Source: Leptogorgia sarmentosa (lineage: Eukaryota). Taken from it: a stretch of DNA of 64,000 bases. The notes under the pieces were generated by a model. The model did no database searches. It had not been told where the DNA came from and was given only the letters and a program-made list of their open reading frames with translations. Each line of letters begins with the position of its first letter. Position 1 is the first letter of the stretch. The position numbers and the translations under genes are program-made. The DNA lies in the NCBI GenBank assembly GCA_964658305.1, contig OZ210884.1:2976001-3040000 (forward strand), written 5' to 3'. Positions 51,801 to 64,000 of the stretch are shown one piece after another.

Positions 51801-54800
51801 GTGAATTTTCGTTAAAGAAAATGTCTTCTGAGACGCGATTTTAAATTATTTTTTGCAATATTTTCATGTTTGATCTCTGATTCTACTAAATCAATTAGTT
51901 ACTCGCTCTCGATTTCTACGAGATGATAGTTGATTCGGGCTTCGCCCTCATCAAATATCACCTCATAGAAATCTCGAGCTCGTAATCTAATTGTTAATTA
52001 GATTTAGAGTATGCACTAATACTTCGAATTCAATTCAGCATTAACTGATGTTCCAAAGTTCTAATGTAGACTATTTATTTACCGAGCGTAATTCTTTCTC
52101 TTGGAAATTCCCATTCAGGTATAAACGGCAACTTTTGAATTTGATCTTGAATATTTACATTTTCGTCCAATGTAGCCATGTAATCAGGTAACGGGGGATA
52201 TGAGAAAAGGTAAAAACCACCATAAATTTTCTTTCGTCTGTACAACACAAAACTCGCCGCAACGAAAATGATAACGGTCATAGATCCAAATGGAAGGACT
52301 ATCGAAAGCAAGGTTCTGTTCTCGTTGTTTTCTATAAAATCATATAGAATAATGTTGATAAACACAAAATGTTTCGTCTTGAAACAGGATGAAGTCCGCC
52401 ATCTTGGATACTCACGAATATGCATGTTTTACGTCACAAGAGAAATCATGAATTTTTTTTTCTTTTGAGTCTTAACTTGATATTTTAGCTATAATATTAA
52501 TTTCGACATTCTTAATTACAAATATTAAGGTCATGCATGTTTAGTTGCAACCTGGCTGTTCTATGGTGTTCATCCCGCTTTGTGACGTCATATTCAAAAT
52601 TAAATTTAAGTTGGCGCACAGCCCGACTGTTTTTGGCCGAATTATTTCAAAAACTAAACAAGATATGTTAAAACTTCAAAAGAACTTACTAAAACAACTT
52701 TAGAAGTTCTTTCAAATAATTGAAGAATATTTTTTTTGCCCAGGTGGAAACAACATATCAAACACGAGTAACAAAAGTTACATGGTAGCGTGAATGTGGA
52801 TTAAGTCTGTGAGAAAACTTTGCTAACGAACTTTCGCTTCGGGATGTAAGTTAAAACAACTTTTGTCTCAAATACCTTTATGCCAAGCTCGTGCCATTTG
52901 AGATTTTTTAAAAACTCACTTGTGCATATTATATCCGAATTGCACTCGAAACTATGCGATTAAGTGTACCCAAATGATATTGACGTTGTATTCATGTATA
53001 ATTATATAAAGAAAAGTGTTCTTATACTTTTGCACTAACGTTTTCCCCTAAAGGATAGTGTTCTTATGCAGTTAAGGAATAGGAATAGGCGATGTTGGAT
53101 TTTTTTAATTACATAAGACACTATGATGACAGTAACTACATTCGAGTAATGAGCTACTTTGTATAACATTTGTATAAAATCGCGGTCATCAGAATCATGC
53201 AGTAACAGTGTTTGACAATTCTGTATACTGTCCTTATATTAGACAACTTATGACTATCCTTACTTAAATTTTGAAGCTGCATCACGACCAGATCTTCATA
53301 GTAACTGCCGGCAGCATTCTGCGCTTTACATCGATAATTTCCCAAAGGCGTTGATTGACTGTCAAGGCGTAAAGATTCTTTTGTAGCCAACGTCGTTGTC
53401 TCGTTACATTTGGAAGATCCACAAGAGTACCAAGTGAAGTTCACTTCTGGTGGATTAATATCAACATTGGCCAATGTGCAGTTGATTATCATTCCTCTCT
53501 TGTAAACATATGAGCTTTTTCGGAGCAGTATCACAGGTTTCACTGGTAACAGAAGAATTATAGAAAGGGTGGGACTAGACTCATACAAAAATGTATTCAA
53601 AATATTGTTTGACTCAATGCATATAATTATCTGACACTGCTTATTCTAATTGAAGGGATAAATTCACATGGGAAGCTAACCAGTCCAGATAAGCATTTCA
53701 TTTAGCTATATTTAAAATATATGCGAAACTTTGTTTTTACGTGCAATCATCTTGTATATTAAACCTGTGAAATTACTTTCACGTTCAAATAAACAATGGA
53801 CATTGTATGAAGTTTCATCGCCGTTAATGCTTAATCTTATCACCAATTCATTCCAACGTAATCCCCGCAGTCTGGTCTTAGTAGTTAAATATGGCTGGCA
53901 ATGATTACCGTCTATTCCACACACAAGCAAACGAACTTTTAATTAACCTTATAACTAAAATTCCAAAAACTTCGATATAGAAAAAATCCACGCCTTGAAA
54001 GAAGAGCATTTTAAATTTAACTGATTTGGATGCAATTTTAGTTTCAACATATTTTCGCCCACGGGGTATGTTTTCTCCGCGCGTAATACAAAAGCATACA
54101 AAAATTGCCAAATTGCAGGGTCATATTTCCTTATTTCACAATATTTCGCCCCTAAACTTTGCATTTTTACAACACTTCGCGTGTTCTTTCAAGCTGTGAT
54201 AATAGAATTTTTTATTTCAATGTTTTTAAAATTAATTGGTCTAAAAGGTTAAAGGTACTTCAAGCCACATTGACATGCGCAACAGTGCAACAATTCCAAC
54301 GCCTGCATCAATCCTCGCGAGTTCACAATGTTTTAAAAGCCGCTCTTAATTACTGAATGTTCATCTTTCAGTTTTTGAGAAAGAAGCCATTGCCATTTTC
54401 ATGAATATTGCTTTACTGATTTCGTAGTTCCTTTTTTTGGAGGGGGGGGGGGGGGGGGGGGTTGGTTGACACTTTCTAACAGAACAAAAGATGACGAATA
54501 TACCTTACACATAATGAGGTTTTGTTGCTCTGCGTGAATACTAGCTACTTCCAGCATGCTATCCCAGTATTTATAGTCGTTCCTATTACGATTCTCGTAA
54601 ATGGTAGTGATGGCCACGCAGCGCCACAAAACGTCATTATGCATAATGTCTATTACATTACCGTAAACTTTCAGCTCAAAAACTTTTGAATCATTCCCAT
54701 ACTCGTTTGACGCATTGCACATGTAGAATAAGTCATCTTCAGGGTACTTCAGATCCTTTATTTCAAAGCTTGTATTGGAAATTTTCTGCTTTCCCGGATG

Positions 54801-57800
54801 GTCATCACACATTTCTAAACGCGGTGAGCATCGAGTGATCGACTCATTGTTTTCTTGACGCGGAGGACACTGAGTTATAAACTGATAATGCTTTCCATCC
54901 TCAGATTTCCACCATTGAATAAGAGAGGCTGGGTAAGAAGTCACATTGTATGAGAGCAAAAAGTCATTTCCCTTCTTCGGTTTAAAGTCAACCTTCTCAT
55001 CGATTTGTATTTGAGGTCTTATCGGGTCTAAATGAGTGATGGAAAAAAATAGAAAAAAATAGGATCAACAGTATTCTATATCCCAGAAAAGAATATTATT
55101 TCTTAACTGCGTCTAGTTGGTGAACTTCTTTATGTAAAAATCCTCAAAAACATTCCGTTTAGTAATTGTTTTTTATCGAATGGTATCTGTAATTTTTTAT
55201 TTTTTTTGGAAGCACGCGCGCCTTGCTAACTTTTCTATCTTATAGCCTTGAGTGACAAGTGGGCAGACGATATGATTAAAAAACCCCAACAAATAATATC
55301 ATTTTCGCCATGACAAACAGTTCAAATTGTGACAATTGAAGAACCGCCATTGTGTTATCAGTTCTGCCAATCGGGAGTACGTACTCGTAACATGTTCCGG
55401 AGCTAAGGTTTGAAATTCTATTTAGCGATTTTTCCGAAAAACAAAACACCTTTTAAGTTTACAACAATATTTGTTCGGATTTTTGATGACTTTGCACAAT
55501 TGATGTAATTCGTGCTTCATTCTGCACTGTAGAACTTGTCAAAACCTTGTAATAAAACAAACAACTGACACCATCGATATCATTATACAAATTCGCTATG
55601 TGACATACAGTACGCATTATAATTAATGAATCAAGACTTGCAAAGATGTGTAAAAAAATATAGGTTGGGTTAAACTAAGATAACAGGACACATTTACTTA
55701 CAAAGACGCATAGATAAATTATTTACTCTATAACAACGGGATTTATGGGATGATTAAATTGGAATATTTTAGTATTAGACAGCCAATGCCTCAATAACTA
55801 ATGTCATGTATGAATCTATGCCCAGCTTCTGACAGTCACTGGCAATGAGCATCTGAGGAACTTACTATCGTGAATGTTACGGGTGCATTCATGTTAACGT
55901 TCAATTTTAGAAAACCTACTATCGCGTATTGATGTTTGAGTTTTTGACAGATCTGGGCCTCGACACGGGAGAATAGCCAGAAATACACGACACGCCCGAT
56001 TCCGCAATCACAAACATTCGCCGTGCTGCCAAATTGAAAATATACATTGTCCCCCGGAATTACGACAATCAGACATGCAGACACAAATCGAGTTACCACT
56101 GCACATATAGTTCCGCGCAAAGGTCTGGGTCGAGTGACTTTAAAAATTTTGCGGAAGGAGTAATATTCTAATTAACAATTAGATTACGAGCTCGATAGCC
56201 GCGTCTCAGAAGACATTTTCTTGAACGAAAATTCACATATTTTGCTACTCGCTATCTATCGAGGAATAGATAGAGAGTAGAGTAGCCGATCAAATTGCAG
56301 CATTTGCTATAGTATACGAGTATGATTCTACTAATCATTTATAGAACCGGAGCGAGGGGGATTCGGCGTAATATTTCCCGAAGTGAATATCATCACTGAG
56401 GGAATATAACCGAATCCCCCGAGCGGAGGATCTATAAATGATATATTATACTGAACAAAACATTTTTTGCATCATTGTTATCAAGAAGTCTATTTATTCC
56501 TTCGTCAGAGTCTTGCTCTCCCGCCATTTTCCATAGCTGGCTATGCTAAGCGCGTGTTGCCCATGTGTCACGCGTGAGCGTGGGATACTATAATATCCCA
56601 CGGTGGATCTGCCGGGTGATATTATATTATCCCACGCTGGTTTGCGAAATCATGAATTTGAAGGAAATACCGTAAGAAATCACACTATCACGTGGTACAA
56701 ATGCTGCTTTTTCATTGGACAATTTGAATTTGAGGTATAATATTCATTTTAAGAGATCTTTGCAATGGATCAACATAACGTTATGGGCAGAATTTCGTTT
56801 TCTTCAACTTAGGCACGCAAAAAAGAAATATTGCAATTATAAATATAGATATATATCGCGCGCTATATTATATATAGGTGATCTTATTAATTATTTCGGA
56901 AGGATTATTATATTCCGCTCCAGCTCAATGGTTGTATATCGATATCGTCGTGCTAAATTTCAATCACATGGTGAAACTTGTCACATATAAAATCAAAATA
57001 CAATGAAACTGAAAGCATTATTGTAAAGAATTTCAAATCCCAACCTTTGACAATTATTCTAACCAGCTCACTGGCACTGTACTGCATTGGCTTTCGATGT
57101 ATTTTACACATGTAGGTTCCTCCATTCCGTTTGGACAAATCAGTCAGCATCAAAATGCTTTTTACAACACGTTTTTCTGGTCTAATTTGTTTAAAAGTAC
57201 CGTTAATACCACGTTGTCTGTACCAGGCGATATCATACATTGGAATTGTAGTTCCTTCTACTTGGCAAGATAGCGTCACACTGCCTCCAATTTCATACAA
57301 TCTTTTATATGGTTTCGTTTCTATGATCGGTTTGCCATACGCTTTTCCTAGAACAAGATTATATTTTTATCATATACCAAGAGCATCTAATCCATTACTT
57401 TTTGTTATATATTTTTGATGGGTTCGCAGGCTTTCTTAAAAAATAGACGTGCCAATATTTATTTCAAACTCTGTTTTTTTTTTCTTTCAGTACGAGACGG
57501 CCATTTTTATACTCATATAAACAGTGTGTTTATTATTCTCACGTGGCTGGATCTACGAAGCATTTGGTTAAATGTAGCTTGCTTGGGTACTTATAATGTA
57601 CATCGAACGGGAAAAAAATTGAAGTTATAATTTTCGATTGGCATATAGCTTATTTTCCCCACAGATAGCCAATATCTTCAGAAACTTAAACCAAGCCCAT
57701 CTCGTTCCCCAGCAACATGCAGTTATATCTAGCTATCCATTTAAAACAGGTTTTAAAATGGAACTATAATGTAATTAACGTGTGTATTGCTTCTGTGCCG

Positions 57801-60800
57801 AAATTCGTATCTTTACTAATCCAAAAAATTACCTTCTGAAATTTCAAGAAATTTTGCGTGTGTGTTACCACAAACTTCACAAGTGTACCATCCACGATCA
57901 CTCGTTGTTAGGTTGGTTATGTTGAAAACATTCCTTGAAACCAGTCTTATTTTTTTGTCATCAACTTGAAGTTTTTTTGTTGTTTCGCCTACGTCCTTTC
58001 CAAACCATAAATTCACGTTTGCAGATTTTCCAATTTCACAATTAATCTTTATCCATTCACCTTGAATACGAAGACGCCGATAAAATGTTTTATCCATCCA
58101 CAACACGTCTATTAAATAAAATATTTAGCTAATTGAAATTAGGTTGTATTCTGTAAATCATGTTTTTTAACGCTAAACTCTAAGCGTAAAAACTATAATC
58201 GTTAATCATTTCAAAATCTGAATTTCATACGGCATGATACACGTTTCCTTTAGAAAATAATTCACGGATTTTTAGACTACGTTCACACGGGATCGGACGA
58301 ATTCGAGACCGTGCTCAAATTCGTACAAATCGGCCTTGCGTTCACACAGGACCATTGAAATCGGACGAATTCGAGCACGATTTGCCGGACAAATTCGCGA
58401 CCATGGAAAGCTAGGTCTACTTTTCGGCCGGTTGAGTTTTAAAGTTTTACAGGCTCGTGTGAACACCGAAACTGGTGCTTTTCAACACCATGTTAAAATG
58501 AAAAGTAGTAATTTACATGAAGTATAGCAATTGAATATAAACAACAACTGACATACACTTGAGCATCTTATCTGCGAATGCGCGTTTAAATAATTTCGTA
58601 CACCAATTCGTTCGGCTCCGTGTGAACACTTTTCGGCCTGTAATTTGTCCGGTTTCGTGTGAACAGCTGTAACCAGACAAATTTGAGCACGGTCTCGAGT
58701 TCGTCTGGTCCCGTGTGAACGTAGTCTTAAAGTAACTGCATTATTCACTTCAAACTATAGAACTTGAGCTGTCATTTTGCTTTTGATACTTAGACTCTTT
58801 AGAGTTTAGGTTTTAGTCCTAAAATATATTGAAAGCAAATTTGTATAGGGTACCGGTTGCAGGGTAACAGGCCATATCACGGATAAGGCGCCTACCCATT
58901 CAATTAATATGTATTAGCTACTTCATAAATTTGCAAAAAGTCAACTATATATAAACAAAGTTGTTCTAACCCATCTTTACACGCCAGTTACAACTGGTTG
59001 AAATAACTTGCAGCAAGCCCGAGAGGATAACAATTGAAACTACAGATTTTTGACTTAATTAAGTCCAAGCAAATGAAGCGCCATTATGCGCCTATCACTT
59101 CCATACAACTTGGGTCCGTACTAGTGTATTTACGAACATGAGGTTGTCTCCACGAAACGGATCAGTCCAAATATAAGAAAAAATAGATCTCTCTCAGATT
59201 TTGTTTTAAAATTTTGTAAAAACTACATTTCTTTAGAATAATGTACGGAAGGGTTCCCATATTAGGAGAATTCTATCCGTTCATTGAATTTCTTTTTCTA
59301 TCGAGGAAATCTTATAACATACATACGCGTTGACGGTTCATTGCGTCGAAGTATTTGAAAACTGCTCAAAGCTGAATGTCAAATTTTTGCAATTATGGGA
59401 AAGGAAAAGAATCTACTATGAAAAACTTACGTATACATGCACCGTCTCTCAAAAACTAAAAGAAATGAGGAAAATAACGTACAACATGCGTAAAACAGCT
59501 AATCTGAAACTTTTGCCATTTTCGCTTCTACTATACGAAACACTAAAAGTATTCTAACATGAGGTTCCAAAACATTATAAAACTCCCATTGATTCAAGGG
59601 CTAACGCATTTTTCCTCACTTCAGTTATTTTTGAGAGACGGTAAATGTAGCTATACGTACGTTTTTTATAGAATAGTCTGTTTTTTATTTCGTAACTGCA
59701 AAAATTTTACAATCAATTTTGAGCAATTGTCAGGGGATTGTTGGACATTTTGACGCAATGGCCAGTAAACATGTGTGTTGTGAAAATTCTTCCATAGACA
59801 AAGAAATTAAATCAATTCCCATGATATACAGGATGTATAAAAAAAAAGTTTACTGATGAAAAACATTCTCTCAACAAACGAGCGCCCAAAATTTCCGAAA
59901 ACTTTCGGTTAGTCTGGGTAGTTTAACACCCTCTGGTATATCTAGCACTAAGTTTATTTTAAAAACAAGAATAGGAATTTTAGAATCTAAAATGTGGTTA
60001 CTGAAAGGCCCATTAGAAACGTCTTGCGCACAAACGAACGTGCGATGTCCGAAAACTGGATTTTCCGCCATTTCTCGAGTAATTACGGACTTAATTAATG
60101 CAAATATCCAATTATGCATAAATTGTTTAGACTCGATTAAATCATATACCGTTAAAAGAGCTTAGTTTTTGTGCGTAAGTCATTTTTAAAGTGCCTTCCA
60201 ACAACAAATTTTCTGCTCCAAAAAAGAAACATTTTAAATAAACTCAGTGCTAGATGTACCAGAGGGTGGTAATCTATACCTATAGTTTAACTGAAAGTTT
60301 TCACAAATTTTGTGCGCTCGTTAGCTTAGGGAATATTTCCCACAGTAAACGTTTTTTAAACACCCTGTATATAGGAACCATAGGAATAAAATTCTAGGGA
60401 AATCTATTTTTCGTTTAATTTGGAACTCAACTGTCTCAGATAACCACTGACCCATACAAGGAAACTAAGGAAGTATATCATGGTTTACCTTTAACGTATA
60501 TATTTATCAGTTTACTAGCACTATATTGAAGTGGATAGCGATGTATTTTGCACATGTATGTTCCTTCATTCTGTTCACATAACCCAGTCAACATCCAAGT
60601 GCTTTTTACGACACTTTCTTCTGATTTAATCATTTTAAAAGTACCATTACGATCAGGTTCTCTGTACAATATGTACCACTCGATATCATACACTTCAATT
60701 GTAGTTTCTTCTACTTGGCATGATACCGTCACGCTGTCTCCAATTTCATACGATGTTTTATCTGGTTTCTTTTCCACGATCGGTTTGGGATACGCTTTTC

Positions 60801-63627
60801 CTACAACAAGATATTTTTTTAATATTTGAACTTATTCTTAATTAAGATGTATTCCGATTTCACTCTGAAGCTGTATTCCTAATCTGCATATTAGCGTAAA
60901 TAAATTAGGTTCAACATAAATTTAGGGTTGTGCGAAACGAATAAGTATTATCATCAATATACAAGGCCAAATGGTAAACCGCCCTCTTCCAGACGTTCAG
61001 AAGTGCGGGCTGATGACAAAACACGCGGGTCGTAAATGCATTTGCAGCCCTCCTATTCATCGCTACGTCACGTCTGCTCCTATTAGCAGAAACTTAAATA
61101 TTCTACAGGACAGCCAATTCACCACAGCAAAAAAAATATTCGAAGCTAAGCTAAGGCAACAACTGGAAAGATCCCGAAAAATTATTACAATTCGTTTGGT
61201 TCTCTTTGTCCTTTAATTTTAGCCGTGGAGGAAGAGAAGGATGGCGCGACCTTTCGATAGAATCCTTTGCCATAAAAGCCGACGACGTTGGACGAAGGTA
61301 CGTGACATTCGTACGTGACGAATCACTGAGCATAAAGATATATATGTTATTCACGGGCTGGGAGGTCCGGATAGAAAAATATTTTGTCGAGGTCTCAAAC
61401 CTAACGGTAAATAACGGATTTATTTTTGCTGGGTAATGCTATAATCAAATTCATAAGAAATTCTAGACGTAGCGAACTAAATTTGAGATCAGTTGCGTTT
61501 GTTTACTTGGTTACTCCATCGTAAGTATGGCTGCCAAACAGTCAAGGCGAAGTTAAAGAACACCTCAGTTTCAGTACAATTGCCGCCTTTTCACTCAACA
61601 TGACAATCAAAAAAGGTAAATTTATTGAAATTATTTAGCTTCCTTGTCATTTCAATATAGACACATGTCTAAAATATGCTTTAATACGACACTGAAATAT
61701 TTCGCCGAAAATGTGTTCTTCGTACTAAAAATTCTTTCTAAAAATATAGAATTGAAATTAATCTTAAACCTATGTAAATCAAATGGTTATAGTATTTTTT
61801 AACAAATGATTAATTTAAGTCAGGATAAACTGCAGGTTTTCGATATATATTGCATTTTTTTGCCATAAATAAGACATACAATTTTTTTTTATTTCCTTCG
61901 GCCATTACGGATTTAGGAATCCGGACCGTGGTCGAGATATCGCAAAATTCCGCCCGCTGCTGCAGCCAATCAGATTGTAGAAAACGCTAGGATTCCGCCC
62001 GCTGCTGATTTACAAAAAAATAAAAGCGTAGTCTTAACCACAGAGCTGTTAGATAGATAGCTGTTAGATAGATCGTTTCAAGCATCATCAACAGAAGATG
62101 GGCGGCGCAACGAGAGCGGGGGTACATCGAAAGAATTGAACAATCCTCACACCTTGTTTTCAAACATTTTGTCTAACACCAACGCTTCGTATTCTGTTCT
62201 GAATCAAAATGAGTTTCTCTCCTTAGCTCAACCGTACCCATAGTGCGCACAGCACATACAAGGCATGTTGTAAAACCTGCACTGGACTGGACTTGTAAAA
62301 CCTGGACTGGACTCATTTGTAAAACCTGGACTGGACTCATTTGTAAAACATGGACTGGACTCATTTGTAAAACCTGGGCTGCACTAAAGCTGGTCAAAGA
62401 TAGAAACGTTTTCACAGTATTCAATTTTAGGTTTTTAAAATGGAAGAACAGTGTCTTTTTTACTAAATATGGGTCATTTAGTGCCCAAATGAAATGTAAT
62501 TATTTTATTACAGCGGTAAGTATATATTACTTATATTATTTATATGTAGACACACCACTACAGGAGTCGGAGAGTACAACATGCCCATATACATTATACA
62601 AATAGGAACTGTAAATATTTATCAACCGTCTACCCAATCTGAAGCTTCACACGTAGAGAGTGACTCTGACAGCGATTAATAGCTTTAGTTTGAAAACTTA
62701 TGTCACGGTTTACTGTGATGTTTTCTCTTAAATTGAAAACACTTTTACATTTACCATCCAAATTTTGTTTTAAATAACTTTTATAAAGCGTGTTATATTG
62801 TTAAAATGTTAATTGTTAAATGTAATTGATGGATAGTGAGTAGCAAAACATGTTTATAAATTATTTTTCGCAATATTTTGATGTTTTATATCTGATTCCA
62901 CGAAAGCAATTAGATAACTCGCTTTCGATTTCAACGAAATAATAGGTGATTCGGCCGTCGGCCTAATCAACAATCACCTCGTAGAAATCTCGAGCCCGTA
63001 ATTTAGTACAGTGCATCAATCTCATTTGTATACAAGTCTGTATATTAACCATTCAAGGATATATCAGAATACATGAAAATTATTATAAAAAGTCATACCT
63101 ATGCAAACAAAATACTGCATTTGAAAAACAATGTCAATATGCATTAGAATATTGTCCTGCGTATGCTAACGCTTACAGCTCATACTTATACAGATTTTTA
63201 AATCACCATCCCCTCCCCCTTTCCCCAATTTTCAAAGTTGAAATTTATACCCTGTACAGTTCCATCTATCTTTAAAGGGAAATATAATGTTATTAACCAA
63301 GCAAATATCTATACGGAAATTTTTATTGCAAATACATAAAATTACCTTGTCCTGAAACTATTTCAAGGAACTTTCTGCGCTTCTTACCACAAACAACACA
63401 CGTGTACCATCCCCCATCGTTCGTTGTTAGGTTTGATATGTTGAAAACATTCTTGGAAACCAATTTTACTTTTTTGTCATCAACCGGAAGCATGTATTTT
63501 CTTTCATGTTTCGTTTTTCCATACCATAATGTCACATTCTCAGACGTTTGGATTGCACAATTAAACACTATCCATTCACCTTGAAGACGAAGGCGGCGAT
63601 AGAATGTTTTATCTTTCCAAGATACAC
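45896..63627 (-). CDS. Receptor tyrosine kinase with at least 6 Ig-like domains, TM helix and kinase domain (VEGFR/PDGFR/FGFR-like); 5' end lies outside the window
   Basis: In-frame exon chain: Ig 63346-63627, 60489-60800, 57833-58108, 57045-57347, 54662-55027, 53264-53542; TM/JM 52083-52331; kinase 51118-51306, 50322-50429, 49379-49578, 49143-49265, 48439-48509, 48185-48225, 47526-47622, 46527-46635; tail 45896-46012 ending in TAA. Confidence 0.92.
46527..51306 (-). CDS. Tyrosine kinase catalytic domain (8 exons)
   Basis: [59 protein letters not shown]...PEERP.F are all present without stops. Confidence 0.95.
46963..47169. mobile_element. hAT-like MITE
   Basis: CAAGGCCGCCGCTAGAACGTTAA...TTAACGTTCTAGCGCCAGCC...CTG; 8-bp flanks GCACAATG / GCACAATT. 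Confidence 0.7.
50115..50308. mobile_element. hAT-like MITE 13 bp from a kinase-exon splice donor
   Basis: CAGGGGCCGCGGAA...TTCCGTGGCCCCTG; internal AAAAGGGCAC repeats. Confidence 0.75.
50633..51047. mobile_element. Two abutting PIF/Harbinger-like MITEs (~50633-50853 and ~50856-51047)
   Basis: CCGCACACGAGA/TCTCGTGTGAGCGG and AGGCCCGTTCACACGAGCGA/TCGCTCGTGTGAACGGATCT termini, separated by TTAA. Confidence 0.7.
51704..52001 (+). repeat. Interspersed repeat; further copies at 56167-56334 (inverted, internally deleted) and ~62830-63005 (partial)
   Basis: TAGTAGAATCATACTCGTATACTA...GATAGCGAGTAGCAAAA...CTCGAGCTCGTAATCTAATTGTTAATTAG shared among copies. Confidence 0.8.
52083..52331 (-). CDS. RTK transmembrane and juxtamembrane exon
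   Basis: [29 protein letters not shown], then [16 protein letters not shown], similar to the LPY..KWEFPR..L motif of PDGFR/VEGFR-class kinases. Confidence 0.92.
56335..56740. repeat. Hairpin-headed interspersed element
   Basis: ATCATTTATAGA..GGGGGATTCGG mirrored by CCGAATCCCCCG..TCTATAAATGAT (56335-56442); ATTGG-containing tail near 56715. Confidence 0.6.
58275..58726. mobile_element. PIF/Harbinger-like MITE, ~46-bp TIRs, TTA target duplication
   Basis: TTA|GACTACGTTCACACGGGA...TCCCGTGTGAACGTAGTC|TTA. Confidence 0.85.
59829..60367. mobile_element. Tc1/mariner-like MITE, TA target duplication
   Basis: TA|CAGGATGTATAAAAAA..GTTTACTG...CAGTAAAC.TTTTTTAAACACCCTG|TA; extended imperfect inverted arms. 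Confidence 0.75.
61340..62025 (+). repeat. Interspersed repeat, same family as 20910-21540
   Basis: Same conserved blocks in the same order. Confidence 0.8.
62269..62385. repeat. 24-bp minisatellite (TGTAAAACCTGGACTGGACTCATT), ~4.5 units
   Basis: Directly visible; it produces the repetitive ORFs 62173-62424 and 62243-62605. Confidence 0.85.
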
Positions 63628-64000
63628 CTGTTCCAAGAAAAAGAAACTAATAAAACCGTTAAATCAAACAAGGTTCTTCTTAGCAAACCATTACTCGGAA
63701 TTTCAATCCCCTACTGATGAAAAGCTAAAAGATTAATCAGTTTAAATTGAATAACATTATGTTAAACTTTTGCTGAAATTTTACTTTGTATAATTAATGT
63801 ATCAGGCAATGGCGTCAATCATTGAGGGGGTCGAGTGGGGCATGTCTCCTCAGTTATTTGCTTTAGGTACGAATCTGTTGGTTCGATCTTCTCCTTTGTA
63901 TTATTTACCATTTCTTGCTTTCTTTACATCGTTTAAACAATAATAGACCTTACCGATTATTCTCGTTTACCCAATGGCCTCGTTTTCATGTTTGCTTCTT

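Noticed and set aside
62173..62605. Repetitive ORFs (VLQMSPVQ / CKTWTGLI repeats)
   Set aside because: Translation of a 24-bp minisatellite inside an RTK intron

Overview
AT-rich, intron-rich animal genomic DNA. A marine invertebrate such as a cnidarian is plausible from the repeat families and gene types, but this is inference only. Two convergent spliced genes fill most of the window, and the ORF track shows only fragments of them. (1) Plus strand, 9834 to at least 42563: a very large (~3,000 aa) secreted or surface glycoprotein. Order: signal peptide, YWTD-like beta-propeller, EGF array, second propeller, long EGF arrays, then EGF-SEA-EGF-SEA-EGF. I count about 55 intact single-exon, phase 1-1, mostly calcium-binding EGF modules plus three broken or fused ones. 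Twenty-nine units are near-identical exon+intron tandem repeats in two arrays with broken-exon junctions. No transmembrane exon was found. (2) Minus strand, 45896 to beyond 63627: an apparently intact Ig-domain receptor tyrosine kinase of the VEGFR/PDGFR/FGFR-like group. It has a duplicated Ig exon pair and a polybasic insert in the kinase N-lobe. Introns and the 5' intergenic region hold many non-autonomous DNA transposons, including a 2.5-kb TTAA-flanked foldback element. All exon models were read by eye from GT/AG sites and phase compatibility.
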